Source of the DNA: Mobula hypostoma
Lineage: Eukaryota
Assembly: GCF_963921235.1 (NCBI RefSeq)
Contig: NC_086108.1
Coordinates: forward strand, 11,098,001-11,162,000
Reading direction: 5' to 3'
Length of the DNA stretch: 64,000 nt
Part shown: one piece after another, positions 62,691-64,000 of the stretch
Layout: each line of letters begins with the position of its first letter
Position numbering within the stretch: position 1 is the stretch's first letter
The notes under the pieces: model-generated
The model's input: only the letters and a program-made list of their open reading frames with translations
Databases searched by the model: none
Told to the model about the DNA's origin: nothing
Position numbers and translations under genes: made by a program

Positions 62691-62823
62691 GCGTGACAGA
62701 CCACGTCACTATTAGTGTTAGTATCTCTGATGATGATGAAGTCCCCGTCACTGTCCCTGACGTTAACGATGTCTGTGTTAGTGTGTCTGATGATGACAAA
62801 AGCCCCATCACTGACAACTACCT
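62691..62823 (+). CDS. Candidate 133-nt coding exon (VTDHVTISVSISDDDEVPVTVPDVNDVCVSVSDDDKSPITDNYL)
   Basis: Pyrimidine tract + taAG acceptor, GTGAGT donor, open phase-1 frame with protein-level internal repeat, in non-repeat DNA. Confidence 0.5.
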
Positions 62824-63104
62824 GTGAGTGTGCTCTGAGACTGTGGTTGGTCTCTGAAGGAATTTGCAGAATGGGGATTTCAGGGAGGAATTTCATTCAT
62901 GTTTACAGAACTTGTTAATAACCCGTTATGAATCACATTAAATGTTAACTAACTTCACGCAGCAGAGAGAATGGATTTATTAGAATATTGAACCACTGCC
63001 TCTTAGAGGCAAACAGATTAATTATCCCCAATCAAGTTTCTAATAATGGTAACTTCACAAAAATATGCATTTGCCAGGACTTTTGGCAAAAGGTCACGTG
63101 CTCT

Positions 63105-63605
63105 GGTGATGGCCTGGAATGGAAACACCGATCCCCATGTTTAGAAATAGAAAGTGTGTATTCAGCCCAGTCCATCATATGTAAAGACATCCCACCACTG
63201 AGCACATCTACAACGAGTGTCACCACAAGAAAGCAGGGACCCCACCACCCAGAAGGTACAGGAGCCTCAGGACTCTCACCACTAGGTTCAGGAGCAGTTA
63301 CTACCCCACAACTATCAGGCTCCTGAACAAAAGGTGCTACCTACACTCATCTATTGAGATGATCCCACAACTAGTGATCTCACTTTAAGGACTCTTTATC
63401 TCATTATCTCATGTTCTCATTATTTATTGCTGTTTATTTATATTTGTATTTGCATAGTTTGTTGTCTTCTGAACTCTGGTTAATTTTTCATAGATTTTGT
63501 TGTATTTCTTCATTCTACTGTGAATGCCTGTAAGAAAATGGATCTCAGGGTAGTATATGGTGTAATTCGTACCTTTTTTAATAAAGGTACCATTGCACTT
63601 TGAAC
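63105..63605 (+). mobile_element. Rex-Babar 3' portion
   Basis: Homologous to 53320-53890. Confidence 0.8.
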
Positions 63606-64000
63606 CTCGAAGTTTGTTCCCTCAGCCACTCATACACATCTGCATCTCTCTATTATCCGAGCTTTATCCTGTAGGGTCTTCCAGTGGTGAGATTCATTAA
63701 TGAAGAGGTGGGGCAGAGGTTCCTCATGGCCTGGACGGTTGGAAGTCAAGTTCCCTTTCATGGTCAGAGGATGCTCAGCTGGGATCACTGAATGAATTGT
63801 GCGGTGGCTGCAAGAATGAAGTTTGTGATTGTGACTGTTGGTGGGCTGCCTCTGAATGTGGAGCTGTTGCAGATGGATCCCGAAGATATCTAAATGATAA
63901 ACATGAGAAAGTCTGCAGATGCTGGAAATCCAAAGCAACACACACCAAATGCTAGAGGAAATCAGCAGGTCAGGTAATATCTGTGGAAATGAGTAAACAG

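Overview
Repeat-dense vertebrate genomic DNA, mostly intronic or intergenic. The repeat complement (CR1 LINEs with (ttctatgt)n/(catagaa) tails, V-SINE/HE1-like SINEs, Rex-Babar, Penelope-like elements, Tx1) points to a cartilaginous fish, probably a ray; this is an inference. There is no intact multi-exon gene I can name, and nearly all long ORFs are TE remnants, antisense TE frames or microsatellite read-through. Best-supported elements: (1) a Sleeping Beauty-family Tc1 rearranged so that both ends are right ends (4372-5596); (2) a young, nearly intact 5'-truncated CR1 ORF2 (49920-52440); (3) three Tx1-clade copies; (4) a Gypsy pol whose RNase H runs straight into PPT+LTR, consistent with Gmr1-type domain order; (5) several solo LTRs with TSDs; (6) Penelope-like termini carrying minimal hammerhead-ribozyme motifs; (7) several RTE-derived non-autonomous families, an ~80-bp hAT-like MITE and three minisatellites. 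Two phase-compatible + strand candidate exons (49445-49479 and 62691-62823) may belong to an unidentified host gene encoding an acidic V/S/D-rich segment. Boundaries of degraded fragments are approximate (tens of bp), and family names are by recognition, not database search.
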